DNA of 64,000 nucleotides from an uncultured Methanosarcinales archaeon (lineage in GTDB: Archaea > Nanobdellota > Nanobdellia > Woesearchaeales > CAZYIM01): NCBI GenBank assembly GCA_964647565.1, contig CAZYIM010000005.1, positions 30,967-94,966 on the forward strand. Direction: 5' to 3'. Shown one piece after another: positions 28,579-38,645 of the stretch. The position numbers and the translations under genes were made by a program. The stretch's first letter is position 1; each line of letters opens with the position of its first letter. The notes under the pieces are model-generated. The model did not search any database. It was not told where the DNA came from and was given only the letters and a program-made list of their open reading frames with translations.

Positions 28579-30342
28579 TTAATTCTTTGAAATAAAATCA
28601 AATAGGGCTTTTGCAGCACTCTCAGGCCCTTTGGTCTCGTAGCCAGGAATTCCAAGCATAGTCTTAATTTCGCCAACGATCATATCTTTTTCAAAAAAGA
28701 AATTGAAGAATCGCGTAGCTATTTCTTCGTGTAGATTCTCGTATTGAGGCGGTCCAAAGGGATTGGCAAAATAGCTTTGGGTTATACCTGATTCAGATGT
28801 TGTGCCCTTGGCCATCCTCTTACCTTCTTTGAACACATCGAAGGCATCCTGCCAACTCGTAAATTGATTTATGCAATCACCTTGTTGAACAGTAGAATAA
28901 TTATTTGCATATAGGATGAGATCAACATTATGACCTTGAATAATCTCTTTTAAGGTTGTGATTGGCAGTACTGCACGGGCATTGATCTTCTCAGGGCTCA
29001 TAATAATAGACCTATCAAGATTTCCATAGACAAATCCGGGCTGAAGGTCATCGAGTCTCACAAAAGCACCCGTCTCAGTACCATATGCTTTAAGTTTCCC
29101 ATCTTTAATCTCGAGTGAGCCCATATCATCAAAAATTATCACCATTTCTCTTAGATATTCCTGACTCAGTATCCTTAATGCTTCTAGCAATTCAGATTTA
29201 CCAGCTCCAGAATCACCCACGAGAATTATATTTTTAGATATGCCGTTTTTCAGACAGATTCTGACCATCGCGCCATGCAAGGGAAGACGGCCTTTTTTTA
29301 CACAGATGATATTATGCAATGTCAGCACCATCTTTTTTAGATAGCCAAAATAACCATACTCATCTTTTCTGGATACAAAACCCACAAGCAAATTATTTTC
29401 AGTATCATCATAAAATATGGTTTGTGGCTCCCCATGTTGGACTATTACTTTTTCATCCACCCCGAAAAGGTATATCGCATCAGGAGTTCTAGTCAAATCC
29501 TCATCTTCAGCTAAGTCAAACAGATTCGCCACAGCAGAGCCTAAGCCGATGAATTTCATATGAAAGAAGATGTGTATAACTAAATCACCGACTTTCGCAG
29601 GATAACATAGCCAGTCCGCGGGATCAAAGTCCAGATTCTTAATAGGATTGGAATCCACTCGCCTAAACAATCCTGTTCTTTTATTCATAAGAGGATTGAT
29701 TATTAGGGGCGGTTCAATCAGAATTTGACGGATTATTGGCGCCTGCTTTAAAAAAGAGTACGTTTCTGGCATATTCTGCTTTTGAGCGCTTGCAATGATT
29801 CCTACCTGAAATCCTGCAGGCATCTGCCTGTATACTCTCGGATGTTCAGATGTTATGTTTTCACATATGTCTCTATAGCAACTTCGGACCAAGTGATTCA
29901 ACTGTTCAATTGTATTGTTAAAAGATCGGTATGGTTTCTTATGGTAATGCTGGTCTTTTTTTTCAGTTGACAGGAGTATGAAAAAGCGTTCATAGTTACG
30001 CCAAAAATTGTAGAGCTCCTCTATAAATTGATTGAACATGTATGTATCAATAAAAAATTCATTAAATTCAGGATGGGATTTGATTATATCCTGCCTCGTA
30101 TGTTCACCTAGCAGCTGTAAGAGTTCAACTATCTTTTGGTTTTGCACAGCCTCATCCTCTGCAAAAGATGCCGGAATTATACTGAGAAGAGGAGAGTCTT
30201 TTTCTCTTAGAGAGTCAAGATATTTATACAGAACTTCTTTAAAAATAGCTGTTTGAAGCAACCCGTTATTAGTAGTACAAATATTCCCATCCGAAGCTAC
30301 TATCACCTGTAAATCTTGGAATTGATAATTTTTCTTCTTCAA
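28579..30342 (-). CDS. Divergent ATP-dependent PEP carboxykinase-like protein
   Basis: YFGYLKK, PLHGA, GDSGAGKSE P-loop, IFDD, GTETGAF, NARA. Confidence 0.75.
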   Translation of the reverse strand: MKKKNYQFQDLQVIVASDGNICTTNNGLLQTAIFKEVLYKYLDSLREKDSPLLSIIPASFAEDEAVQNQKIVELLQLLGEHTRQDIIKSHPEFNEFFIDTYMFNQFIEELYNFWRNYERFFILLSTEKKDQHYHKKPYRSFNNTIEQLNHLVRSCYRDICENITSEHPRVYRQMPAGFQVGIIASAQKQNMPETYSFLKQAPIIRQILIEPPLIINPLMNKRTGLFRRVDSNPIKNLDFDPADWLCYPAKVGDLVIHIFFHMKFIGLGSAVANLFDLAEDEDLTRTPDAIYLFGVDEKVIVQHGEPQTIFYDDTENNLLVGFVSRKDEYGYFGYLKKMVLTLHNIICVKKGRLPLHGAMVRICLKNGISKNIILVGDSGAGKSELLEALRILSQEYLREMVIIFDDMGSLEIKDGKLKAYGTETGAFVRLDDLQPGFVYGNLDRSIIMSPEKINARAVLPITTLKEIIQGHNVDLILYANNYSTVQQGDCINQFTSWQDAFDVFKEGKRMAKGTTSESGITQSYFANPFGPPQYENLHEEIATRFFNFFFEKDMIVGEIKTMLGIPGYETKGPESAAKALFDFISKN

Positions 30343-30475
30343 AATATCTACCTATTTATTTATCTATTAACTGCTCTTTGATTTGGGTTTGAATATCGGT
30401 TTATAAAAGTATTGAGGATATTACGTGTTTAGGCATTCATAAAGTTTATAAAACATCACCCTCCTCTTATGCTTT

Positions 30476-31999
30476 ATGAAAAAGGGGCAGATTATCTCTG
30501 GCAGCTTTGGTCAGCTTCTAGTCAGGAAGAAATCAGATGTAGATGTTGAGATTGGAGAGCTTCTGGTTGCTGAAAACAATGATATCAAGATGCTTTTCCA
30601 GGTCTTTGACCTTCAATTCGCAAGCCAGATATCACAACAGAACCTTGAGCTTATCTCAGGCATGAAGCTAGAAGAGGATGTTGATCTTGAATTCATGGAG
30701 CCACATCTTAGAAATTACTCACTGGTTTTCTTAAAAAATCTCATTACTTTAAAAGAGAAGAATGCCAAGTCTTCCAAGTCAATGCCTGAATTCTTCTCAG
30801 AAGTAAGAGAAGTGGAAAAAGAGGATCTTGATTTTCTAACCAAACCTACAGATCCTATGTTTATCGGACATCTCAGGAGTGGGGCAAAGACTATTGATTT
30901 CCCACTCTTCCTTCCAGGAAGGGATGTCTTCAGCCACCACATATTGATAAGTGGCACAACTGGAAAGGGCAAGAGCGTACTTATGAGCAACCTGCTTTGG
31001 GATGTTACTGATAAGGACTACTGTTCTATGCTAGTACTTGATCCTCATGATGAGTATTTCGGCAGGAACAAGTTGGGTTTAAAGGACCATCCTGACAAGG
31101 AAAAACTAATCTATTATTCAGCACATAATCCGCCTCCAGGTCAAAGAACCCTTAAGATCAATCTCAAGATATTAAAACCAGATCATTTTAACTTCATGGA
31201 TTTTTCACCTCCTCAAAGACAGGCAATGAATGCATATTTCCGAGAATATGGAGCTGGCTGGATTGAGGCTATTATACTGGAAAGAGAGATAAAACTTGAG
31301 TTCCAGGATACAACTTGCGCTGTGCTTAAGAGACGGTTCTGCTCCTTGCTGGATCTTGATTTTTCTGAAATGCAATTATTCTGTAATGGAGTATTTGATA
31401 TGCAAGCAGGGGAAACCCTTGTGAAGGATATTGCACAGGCTCTTGAAGAGACCAAAACAGTAATCATCGACACCAGCAATTTCTCAGGAACCCTGGAGTT
31501 ACTTATTGGCAGCATCTTGACAACAGAGATTTTCAGGAGATATAAGAATTACAAGATGAATGGTTCTTTAAAGGACAAACCTGTTATATCTATTGTACTT
31601 GAAGAAGCGCCAAGGGTTTTAGGTAAAGAGGTACTTGAAAAGGGTTCTAACATTTTCAGCACGATAGCAAGAGAGGGGAGGAAGTTCAATGTAGGCCTTA
31701 CTGCGATTACCCAACTTCCTTCATTGATTCCGCGTCAGATACTCGCAAATATCAATACCAAGATCATCCTTGGCACTGAGATGAACAGCGAAAGACAGGC
31801 TATTATTGAATCAGCTTCTCAAGATCTTTCTGAAGATAATAGAAATATTGCTTCCCTTGACAAGGGAGAGGCAATTGTGACCAGCAACTTTGCAAGGTTT
31901 GCACTGCCGATCAAGGTTCCATTCTTTGATGATGTTGCCAGAGCAAAAATAGAAGGACGTGATCAGTTTTCTCAGGATTTTTCTGGATTAAAGAAATAG
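30476..31999 (+). CDS. herA: HerA bipolar helicase/translocase
   Basis: N-terminal HAS-barrel-like region, [35 protein letters not shown]. Confidence 0.9.
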   Translation: MKKGQIISGSFGQLLVRKKSDVDVEIGELLVAENNDIKMLFQVFDLQFASQISQQNLELISGMKLEEDVDLEFMEPHLRNYSLVFLKNLITLKEKNAKSSKSMPEFFSEVREVEKEDLDFLTKPTDPMFIGHLRSGAKTIDFPLFLPGRDVFSHHILISGTTGKGKSVLMSNLLWDVTDKDYCSMLVLDPHDEYFGRNKLGLKDHPDKEKLIYYSAHNPPPGQRTLKINLKILKPDHFNFMDFSPPQRQAMNAYFREYGAGWIEAIILEREIKLEFQDTTCAVLKRRFCSLLDLDFSEMQLFCNGVFDMQAGETLVKDIAQALEETKTVIIDTSNFSGTLELLIGSILTTEIFRRYKNYKMNGSLKDKPVISIVLEEAPRVLGKEVLEKGSNIFSTIAREGRKFNVGLTAITQLPSLIPRQILANINTKIILGTEMNSERQAIIESASQDLSEDNRNIASLDKGEAIVTSNFARFALPIKVPFFDDVARAKIEGRDQFSQDFSGLKK

Positions 32000-32032
32000 A
32001 AAAAGGAAAAAAAAGAAAAAAATTTAGTGGGT

Positions 32033-32776
32033 TTATTCGACTTCGATTGTCTTTTCTTCTAGACTTGCACCGCTATCTTCTGGTTTTTTCTGCTCTTTTG
32101 GCGGAGGAGTAATTATAACATTATCCTCTCCTGCTTGTGCCATTTCTTCTGCTTTCTGTGCCACTGTATCCTTAGCTGTCAAGACATGACTCTTGATATA
32201 AGGTCCAAGTCTTGTCCAAGCTGGCAAGCCTCCCAGAACAACTCCAAGCACTCCGCCACTCAAGAATAAAGGCACTGCAGTTACATAGGCTGCACCTTTT
32301 CCAAGAACTTTACCCTCTGCATAAGCAGGTTCTGCTGACCTTTCGCATGGCTGCTTGATAAATACATTCAGATAGCCATCCCAGAATCCTGCCTTCTTGG
32401 GTTTTGCTACTACATCCTTTTCGATTGCCGTATTTATCTTTTCGTCGTAGAGTTCTTTCAGCTTCTTCTTGATCTCTTTTGGGCCGCCTGAGGTTGTATC
32501 ATAGATAGTCTGTAGGATCTGCTTGTAGTCACCCTCAGACATGGTCTTGATCAGGTCTTTAGCACCTTGTTGACCTAGTCCAACATATTTTTTCACTGCA
32601 GGAGCTCCTGTCTCCTTGTAAAATTTCGTTACATCTCCTTCGAGGCCTTCAAGAGTCTGTTCAACAACATCGCCGAATTTCTCGAATTTGTTCCCAATGT
32701 TTCGTACTTTCTTATTGAAATACGATCCAAATTTTCCTTTTAACGTTTTTTCTTCTGGTTTATAGTTTGGTTCCAT
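32033..32776 (-). CDS. Hypothetical protein: amphipathic helical N-region plus Gly-rich hydrophobic hairpin
   Basis: AGGAGGTGG SD; hydrophobic GAAYVTAVPLFLSGGVLGVVLGG segment. Confidence 0.75.
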   Translation of the reverse strand: MEPNYKPEEKTLKGKFGSYFNKKVRNIGNKFEKFGDVVEQTLEGLEGDVTKFYKETGAPAVKKYVGLGQQGAKDLIKTMSEGDYKQILQTIYDTTSGGPKEIKKKLKELYDEKINTAIEKDVVAKPKKAGFWDGYLNVFIKQPCERSAEPAYAEGKVLGKGAAYVTAVPLFLSGGVLGVVLGGLPAWTRLGPYIKSHVLTAKDTVAQKAEEMAQAGEDNVIITPPPKEQKKPEDSGASLEEKTIEVE

Positions 32777-32829
32777 TTATTACCACCTCCTGATGGGGAA
32801 TAAAAAAATAAATAAAAAGGTTTCGGTTT

Positions 32830-33822
32830 CTACCTGTTCTTAGAGACCGCATAATTGGCTTTTTTATCCCCTGTCAACCCTTTGTTTATTTCTATGTTTT
32901 CTATGTTCTGAGGACCAAGATCCTCAATCATGCTGGAAAACTCCTGGTTCTTCAAGAACAGCGCTGTAGTTGGGTTATTACCAATAGCCTTGGCAAACCT
33001 ATCTATAGACTTGAGTTGTGTACGTCTCCGCTCGCATTCATCCTTCACAGCACCAAGCTCTCTTTGGGCGTCCTTAATAATTCTCTCGCCCTCAGGTCCA
33101 GCACTCACAACATAAGATGGTCTCTTAACTCTTAGGGGTTTAACACCAGTCACATTTATACCCCATACATCTTCAAAGCTCTTCTGTTCAGTAAAGCCAG
33201 AAACAACACCGTCTTTATATACAGGAATTCCTCCTAATTTGAAGTCCTTTATATAATTTAAACAACTCTCTGAAAGTTCCTGCTGCCGGGCTTCTATGTA
33301 ATCAATGGTCTTGGTCTGAAGATATGATCTAACCAGTCCGTCCAAGTTATGTTCCATAAACTTCATATCTTCGGGTCTATGTTCCACAAATCTCGCCCTA
33401 ACTGCATCCCAGGTTTTTCCTTGCTCATAGGTTATGAGCATATTCTGGATTACAATCTGGTTCACACCATTTTTATTCTCAGCTGTCATGATGCTCTGCT
33501 GGGTTTCTGCTTCAAGTGTCAACCTGTCCTGACTCTTTTGTTTGCCATCAACAGTATACATATCTTCTTCAGCCAGGTTTACATCTTTGGGGAAATGCAC
33601 CTGCTTTTGCATATGGGATACCTTATCCTGATCTTTCTCTCCAAATACATTGAACCATCTCGTACCAGGACCCATCCCTTCCCACTCAACCGAATTGTTC
33701 CAGTTAGTGGATATAGTGGACTCATATTTAGTGGGTCTGCTGCATTTAGAGATAGAACAGACGAAGTATAGTGCTGTAAAAGCCAATGGCGTCAAAACCG
33801 CAACTTTTGTTTTTGTTTTCAT
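32830..33822 (-). CDS. SPFH/band-7 (stomatin/HflKC-like) membrane protein
   Basis: N-terminal TM; DGLVRSYL...WGINVTGV....KRP; coiled coil; GNNPTTALFL; GGAGGT SD before ATG 33822. Confidence 0.7.
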   Translation of the reverse strand: MKTKTKVAVLTPLAFTALYFVCSISKCSRPTKYESTISTNWNNSVEWEGMGPGTRWFNVFGEKDQDKVSHMQKQVHFPKDVNLAEEDMYTVDGKQKSQDRLTLEAETQQSIMTAENKNGVNQIVIQNMLITYEQGKTWDAVRARFVEHRPEDMKFMEHNLDGLVRSYLQTKTIDYIEARQQELSESCLNYIKDFKLGGIPVYKDGVVSGFTEQKSFEDVWGINVTGVKPLRVKRPSYVVSAGPEGERIIKDAQRELGAVKDECERRRTQLKSIDRFAKAIGNNPTTALFLKNQEFSSMIEDLGPQNIENIEINKGLTGDKKANYAVSKNR

Positions 33823-33835
33823 TCTGTTTACCTCC

Positions 33836-34660
33836 TCACTCCACATAGACCTTAAGGCTCAGATGCTGTTCATCAGCCTTTTTGGTCACAGCTCTTGCAG
33901 CTGTCAGTACGCCCTTGGTTGCAAGATAGTCTACCACAACAGGATGAAGTTTTCCTATAACTTGGTTGTACTCTGCATCAACAAGAGCTCTTTCCTTATT
34001 TGCTTCATCTATGTCGTTCTGGGCCTGGTTTCTTGCTTCTCTCAAGATAAGATTTCTCTGTCTCTCAAGATCTGCAAACACCGCATCTCTTTGGGGAGAG
34101 ATGTTACCGGGGCACACATACCAAATGTTGTTGTTGACACCAAAGTCCCGAGCAAGATCGCTCTCATAAAGCTCTACATGCACCTGCTGATAGATCGGCA
34201 GCTTCCCATTTGCCTTAGCAAGGTTCTCATTGGCAATCTCATTTCTTTCATACTGCAAAACAGTTGATCTTGCAATACCATCAACCTGCTTTGCCAGTTC
34301 ATCAAGTGCCTTATCACCCCATTTGTAGAACCAGTTGGTCAACGATGCTGTATCCTGTGCCAACTTGGTATAAACCACCATATCAAGGGTTATGTTCTTG
34401 TTGTCTTTGGTTACGTAGTGTTGGTCCTCCTCTGTCCCATGCTCGAGCGGCAGATCTATTGCAGTAAGGCCTGCCCAATGTGATTTTACACCAGGCTTTG
34501 CAAGCTTGAATTGTGGCGCCTTATATATTTCCAGCTCTCCGCTCAATCTCTTCCTTATACCTATGTTCCCCAACTGAATATCTGCACACGAGGTCAATCC
34601 CATAGCCAGTGCAGATGTTAATAATAGAGCACCAGCTCTGCTTATTTTCTTCTTACTCAA
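33836..34660 (-). CDS. SPFH/band-7 lipoprotein-like protein
   Basis: TTG start after GGAGGT; LTSC lipobox-like motif; VTKDNKNITLDMVVY; DGIARSTV; FGV; Ala/Glu-rich coiled coil. Confidence 0.75.
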   Translation of the reverse strand: MSKKKISRAGALLLTSALAMGLTSCADIQLGNIGIRKRLSGELEIYKAPQFKLAKPGVKSHWAGLTAIDLPLEHGTEEDQHYVTKDNKNITLDMVVYTKLAQDTASLTNWFYKWGDKALDELAKQVDGIARSTVLQYERNEIANENLAKANGKLPIYQQVHVELYESDLARDFGVNNNIWYVCPGNISPQRDAVFADLERQRNLILREARNQAQNDIDEANKERALVDAEYNQVIGKLHPVVVDYLATKGVLTAARAVTKKADEQHLSLKVYVE

Positions 34661-34727
34661 TTTTTTTACCTCCTAGGTTATATACTTCTATCTAGGTGCA
34701 AGCAGTTTCATACCTGCTACCGCGTTG

Positions 34728-35579
34728 TCAGTTTCTCCTTTTGGCCAACTCTTTCATCACATATCCCCCTCGGTCTTTGGCCAGAAAATATTGGTTTGCC
34801 TTGATGAAAAGAGAGTTGAATCTACCCTCTCTTTTACCAGGACCATATTGGTCTATCAGATGCAGCTCCAAGAAAGTCTCAAACTTAGGAGCATTTGTCA
34901 GCTTAAAGGCCTCTTGGTTGATCGGATCCACAGATCTGACTTTCTTGTAGTCAGCCCAGAAATCATCTGGACGTTCGTATTGTGAGAGAAGCTTGTAAGC
35001 TTCTGCCTCTAACAGTTCGCCATCCATTATTTCCTGAAGAGCCCTGTGCCGATCCTCTGTCTGAATTTTCTTGGCAAGATTCTTGGCAGTAGTAAAATAC
35101 TTGGAAGCAGCATTGCCAATCTTCTTGTTATCCATGCTAGGCCAGGCATAAGTATAGAGCAGCCAACCAACGTATATTTCAAAGACAGCACCAACTCCTA
35201 AAAATAAAAGGTGCCGGTGCAGCATGCCCCTGAAAACAGCCAATTCCAAAATATTCAGACCTATTACAGTACCTGCGATGATAGGCATGGCTTTTCTGCT
35301 TTGGCTTTTACGTTCTACCTCCTGCTTCTTGGCATCATAGACATCATAAGCAGGTAAAAGATAACTCTTGACAGCAGATTCTAACAAAGAGATATGGTCG
35401 TTGCTTATCACCTCGGCACCGATCTCTGCCTTCATCATCTCCTGTCTAAAATACTCATTTACCCGCTCTGGCCTATTAGTGACCTCCTCTGTCTCAAATA
35501 TCTTAAATAAATCCACTGCCACATGCTCAAGGCTTTTCTCATTTATTGAGGAAGGGATATGATTCTTTTTTCTCTTCAT
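34728..35579 (-). CDS. Hypothetical two-TM membrane protein
   Basis: GAGGTGA SD; two central hydrophobic helices flanked by charged helical regions. Confidence 0.75.
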   Translation of the reverse strand: MKRKKNHIPSSINEKSLEHVAVDLFKIFETEEVTNRPERVNEYFRQEMMKAEIGAEVISNDHISLLESAVKSYLLPAYDVYDAKKQEVERKSQSRKAMPIIAGTVIGLNILELAVFRGMLHRHLLFLGVGAVFEIYVGWLLYTYAWPSMDNKKIGNAASKYFTTAKNLAKKIQTEDRHRALQEIMDGELLEAEAYKLLSQYERPDDFWADYKKVRSVDPINQEAFKLTNAPKFETFLELHLIDQYGPGKREGRFNSLFIKANQYFLAKDRGGYVMKELAKRRN

Positions 35580-35583
35580 AGTA

Positions 35584-36795
35584 TCACCTCTCGTGATACT
35601 GCTCTTTCAATAGTCCTGCAGGCTTTTCCACTTCTCCAAGGCCAAGTTTTTGTATCATATCTTGGACATTCTCATGAAAGATTCGCTCGTTGTGTGCATA
35701 TAATGTCACAGCTTCTGTCAGTTCATCTTTTGCTTTTTCCAATGTTTCAGGCTCAAAGAATGGATTCACCAAAACAAAGCCTACTCTGTCCAACATCACC
35801 CTTGTGCCAAGAGAATTGAAGATTTGGACATCATTCATCACATCTTTGTATGTGAAGTATGCATCCATAGCCCTGTCAGATATACCCTGTGCCTGTAACA
35901 GATGAAAGGTGTTGTATGCCAGATGTTTGGTGTAGTGAATATCCACATCAAGTTCCATGTGCTGGGCAGACATACCTTTAATGGTTTCCTCAAACTGCTG
36001 TATCTGAAGGTCCATTCCCTGCATCATGGTGTTAGCACCTTTAACTCTCAATCCTGATTCAAGATACGTGTCCTTGAAGTCGGCCATCGTCCTCTGCAGA
36101 TCTGTCTTGACAACATACAGGTCTGGTTTTACATCGTCACCACCATCAATTCTCTGTATCAACTCAAGACACGCGAAAAGACCTGCATCATGGCACAATG
36201 CGAGTTGGTTCCTGAAATCTTTCTTGGAATAATCCTCGTCTCGCAGGATCTTATCCATAATAGTGTAAAGCCAGTCCAACTTGTTCAATTTGGCTTGCAC
36301 TATTTTATAGCTCAGGCTATTGTCCTTGATGTCCTCTGCAGCCTCTTTGGCAATGTCAAACATCAGCCCTCTCTTATTCCTTAGAATCCCTAAGCTGCCG
36401 TGTACAGCACCTTTATGTTTGGTCTGTGCATTGTACAGATCAAGAATAATGTTCCCAAGCTTTTCAGGCGTCAACTGAGGTCCTTTGTACAGACCTCGCG
36501 TCATAGTTGTCAGTACCCTTTGGAAACCAGTGCTTGAGGGGTGCTTTATAGCAGCTTTGAACTTTTCCAGTGTGGTTGTCGAATCCGAGAGGTATCTTTC
36601 TGCCTGGTTGGCAATTGTGGACTGCAGAATCATATACTGCTTACACTTTTCATTATCTGCGGCACCTCTATCCAGTTCTGCCTGGGTTAAAGCCTCGTTC
36701 GTCTTTATGACCTCTACAAGGTCCTTGTCCTGCTTGTTATCAGATTTAGCAAGACCTCGCATGGTCTCTATAAATGTAGAGTCTTCTTTCTCCAT
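35584..36795 (-). CDS. All-helical coiled-coil protein, tentatively TelA/KlaA (toxic anion resistance)-like
   Basis: 403-aa ORF with AGGAG SD; C-terminal FEPETLEKAKDELTEAV resembles the TelA C-terminal pattern by eye only. Confidence 0.5.
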   Translation of the reverse strand: MEKEDSTFIETMRGLAKSDNKQDKDLVEVIKTNEALTQAELDRGAADNEKCKQYMILQSTIANQAERYLSDSTTTLEKFKAAIKHPSSTGFQRVLTTMTRGLYKGPQLTPEKLGNIILDLYNAQTKHKGAVHGSLGILRNKRGLMFDIAKEAAEDIKDNSLSYKIVQAKLNKLDWLYTIMDKILRDEDYSKKDFRNQLALCHDAGLFACLELIQRIDGGDDVKPDLYVVKTDLQRTMADFKDTYLESGLRVKGANTMMQGMDLQIQQFEETIKGMSAQHMELDVDIHYTKHLAYNTFHLLQAQGISDRAMDAYFTYKDVMNDVQIFNSLGTRVMLDRVGFVLVNPFFEPETLEKAKDELTEAVTLYAHNERIFHENVQDMIQKLGLGEVEKPAGLLKEQYHER

Positions 36796-36843
36796 GTTAT
36801 CAACTCCTTTGTTTTTTTATTTTCAAAAACTAAATCCTTCTTT

Positions 36844-37005
36844 TCAGTAGATGCCCCACATCCAATCTTGTAGTGTTGCTTTTTCTTCTTCGGTATCACC
36901 TCCGTTGAAAATCCAGCTCTTTCTATCTGGACATAGTTTATCATTTCCGCTTCTACGGTTGGATATGCCAATTCTAATCAGCAATCTATTACAGCCTCTA
37001 TTCAT
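36844..37005 (-). CDS. 53-aa small ORF (MNRGCNRLLIRIGISN...LQDWMWGIY)
   Basis: GGTGAG SD upstream; lies in the leader of the SPFH operon. Confidence 0.35.
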   Translation of the reverse strand: MNRGCNRLLIRIGISNRRSGNDKLCPDRKSWIFNGGDTEEEKATLQDWMWGIY

Positions 37006-37037
37006 TTCATCTCACCATTTTTTTATCTAGTAAAACT

Positions 37038-37300
37038 TCAGTAGGATGTTGTTGTTTGCACCTCCATCTAGTTTAATCCTCTCTGAGCCACAGTGTAGCC
37101 TCCCCGCTAGTTAGGGAGGCAACTTGGGCTTCAGCTTAGGTCTTGGCCCCTGTCGGGGTATGCCATCAGCTAAACAGTTTCACCTCATTTTTACCAACTT
37201 CTTAGGGGTTTTGGGGTAGAGCATATTTTTGCAATCACCTCCGACCAATTTACACCCGTGGCCGAGTTTATAGATATAGATAGGTTAAAGAAATATAAGA
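37038..37300 (-). promoter_or_regulatory. Structured leader with three SD-led micro-ORFs
   Basis: ORFs 37224-37180, 37166-37131 and 37067-37038; hairpins GCCTCCC/GGGAGGC and CCCC-TGTC-GGGG; TATA-like box near 37292-37300. Confidence 0.45.
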
Positions 37301-37436
37301 AAGTTTTTAGGAAAAATTTAGGCTTTGACTATAAAAATTTTAATAATATTAGATTAAAAATGAAAATAAATCTGATTGTTAAATTAAGCTAATCCCAGTA
37401 ACAAACCTTAAAAACTCCATTTTCTTCCCATTTTGT

Positions 37437-38645
37437 ATGAAGTTTGCTCATATGGCAGATGTGCATATCGGAGCCTGGAGGGATCCTAAGCTCAAGGAAT
37501 TAAGTGTTAAAGCGTTTACCAGTGCTATTGACCTGTGTATTGAGAAGAAGATTGATTTTGTGCTCATATCCGGCGATCTTTTCCACACATCCATCCCGTC
37601 TATTGATGGATTGAAAGCTGTTGTCAAAAAGCTGAAACAGTTGAAGAATAAAAACATCCCAGCCTATATCGTTGCAGGCAGCCACGATTTCTCTCCAAGC
37701 GGAAAGACCATGTTGGATGTTCTTGAAGAAGCAGAGTTGGTCAAGGATGTATTCAGAGGAGATATCAAGGACAATCAAATCTTGTTGAAGTTCACCAAGG
37801 ATGAGAAGACAGAAACTTTGCTTACAGGCATGCTAGGTAAGAAAGGAATGCTTGAAAAAGAGTATTATGAAAGCATAGGCAACAGGGAAGAACTGGAAAA
37901 ACAAGAGGGCTTTAAGATATTCCTTTTCCATACTGCCATCACTGAACTAAAGCCCAAAGAATTAGAAAAAATGGACTCCAACCCCATCTCATTTTTACCC
38001 AAGGGCTTCAACTATTATGCTGGCGGCCATGTTCATATCGTTGAACAGAAATCTCTGGAAGGCTACAAGAACGTTGTCTACCCAGGTCCAGTCTTCCCAG
38101 CCAACTTCGCAGAGCTCGAGAAGCTGGAAACTGGCGGCATTTACATCTTTGAGGATAACAAAACCAGTTATGAGCCAATTAAGATAATCAACACGTGTTC
38201 AATAAAAGTAGATGCAGAACACAGGACACCAGAACAGGTTGAAGCAGATATTCTACAAAAGATAGAACAACAGGAATTCATAAATACTATTCTACTTCTG
38301 AGGGTTGAGGGTAAACTCAAGTCTGGAAGACCCTCTGACATTGATTTCAAAAAGATATTTGCAGAAGTCTATGAGAAGGGTGCTTTTTTTGTTATGAAAA
38401 ATACTATAAAACTAACCTCAGAAGAGTTTGAGGAGATCAAAATTACTTCTTCATCTGTCGATGAGCTCGAGGATACTCTTATCAAGGAGCACATTGGTCA
38501 GATCAATACCAGTTTCTCTGACAGAGAAGGGGATATAATCAAGAGTCTGATGAAAATTCTTGGTGAAGACAAGAATGAGGGTGAAAGAGTTCATCAATAT
38601 CAAGCAAGATTGAAATCAGAAGTTCAGAAGCTACTAGATCTTTAA
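37437..38645 (+). CDS. mre11: Mre11 DNA repair nuclease
   Basis: ADVHIG, SGDLFH, AGSHD, LFHT, AGGHVH, VYPG phosphoesterase motifs. Confidence 0.9.
   Translation: MKFAHMADVHIGAWRDPKLKELSVKAFTSAIDLCIEKKIDFVLISGDLFHTSIPSIDGLKAVVKKLKQLKNKNIPAYIVAGSHDFSPSGKTMLDVLEEAELVKDVFRGDIKDNQILLKFTKDEKTETLLTGMLGKKGMLEKEYYESIGNREELEKQEGFKIFLFHTAITELKPKELEKMDSNPISFLPKGFNYYAGGHVHIVEQKSLEGYKNVVYPGPVFPANFAELEKLETGGIYIFEDNKTSYEPIKIINTCSIKVDAEHRTPEQVEADILQKIEQQEFINTILLLRVEGKLKSGRPSDIDFKKIFAEVYEKGAFFVMKNTIKLTSEEFEEIKITSSSVDELEDTLIKEHIGQINTSFSDREGDIIKSLMKILGEDKNEGERVHQYQARLKSEVQKLLDL

Noticed and set aside
30476..31999. HerA as part of an anti-phage system (Sir2-HerA or similar)
   Set aside because: No adjacent effector; architecture and the nearby mre11 fit the housekeeping archaeal HerA
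33349..34467. Plus-strand ORFs of 140, 205 and 67 aa
   Set aside because: Antisense to SD-led SPFH genes; no recognisable motifs
36768..36971. 67-aa TTG ORF beginning MAYP
   Set aside because: No SD; overlaps both the SD-led 53-aa ORF and the 403-aa gene start. The MAYP echo of the micro-ORFs may be coincidence
37080..37270. SRP RNA, RNase P RNA or tRNA
   Set aside because: No SRP helix-8 motif, no RNase P GAGGAAAGUCC-type motif and no cloverleaf recognised; an Rfam scan would settle it
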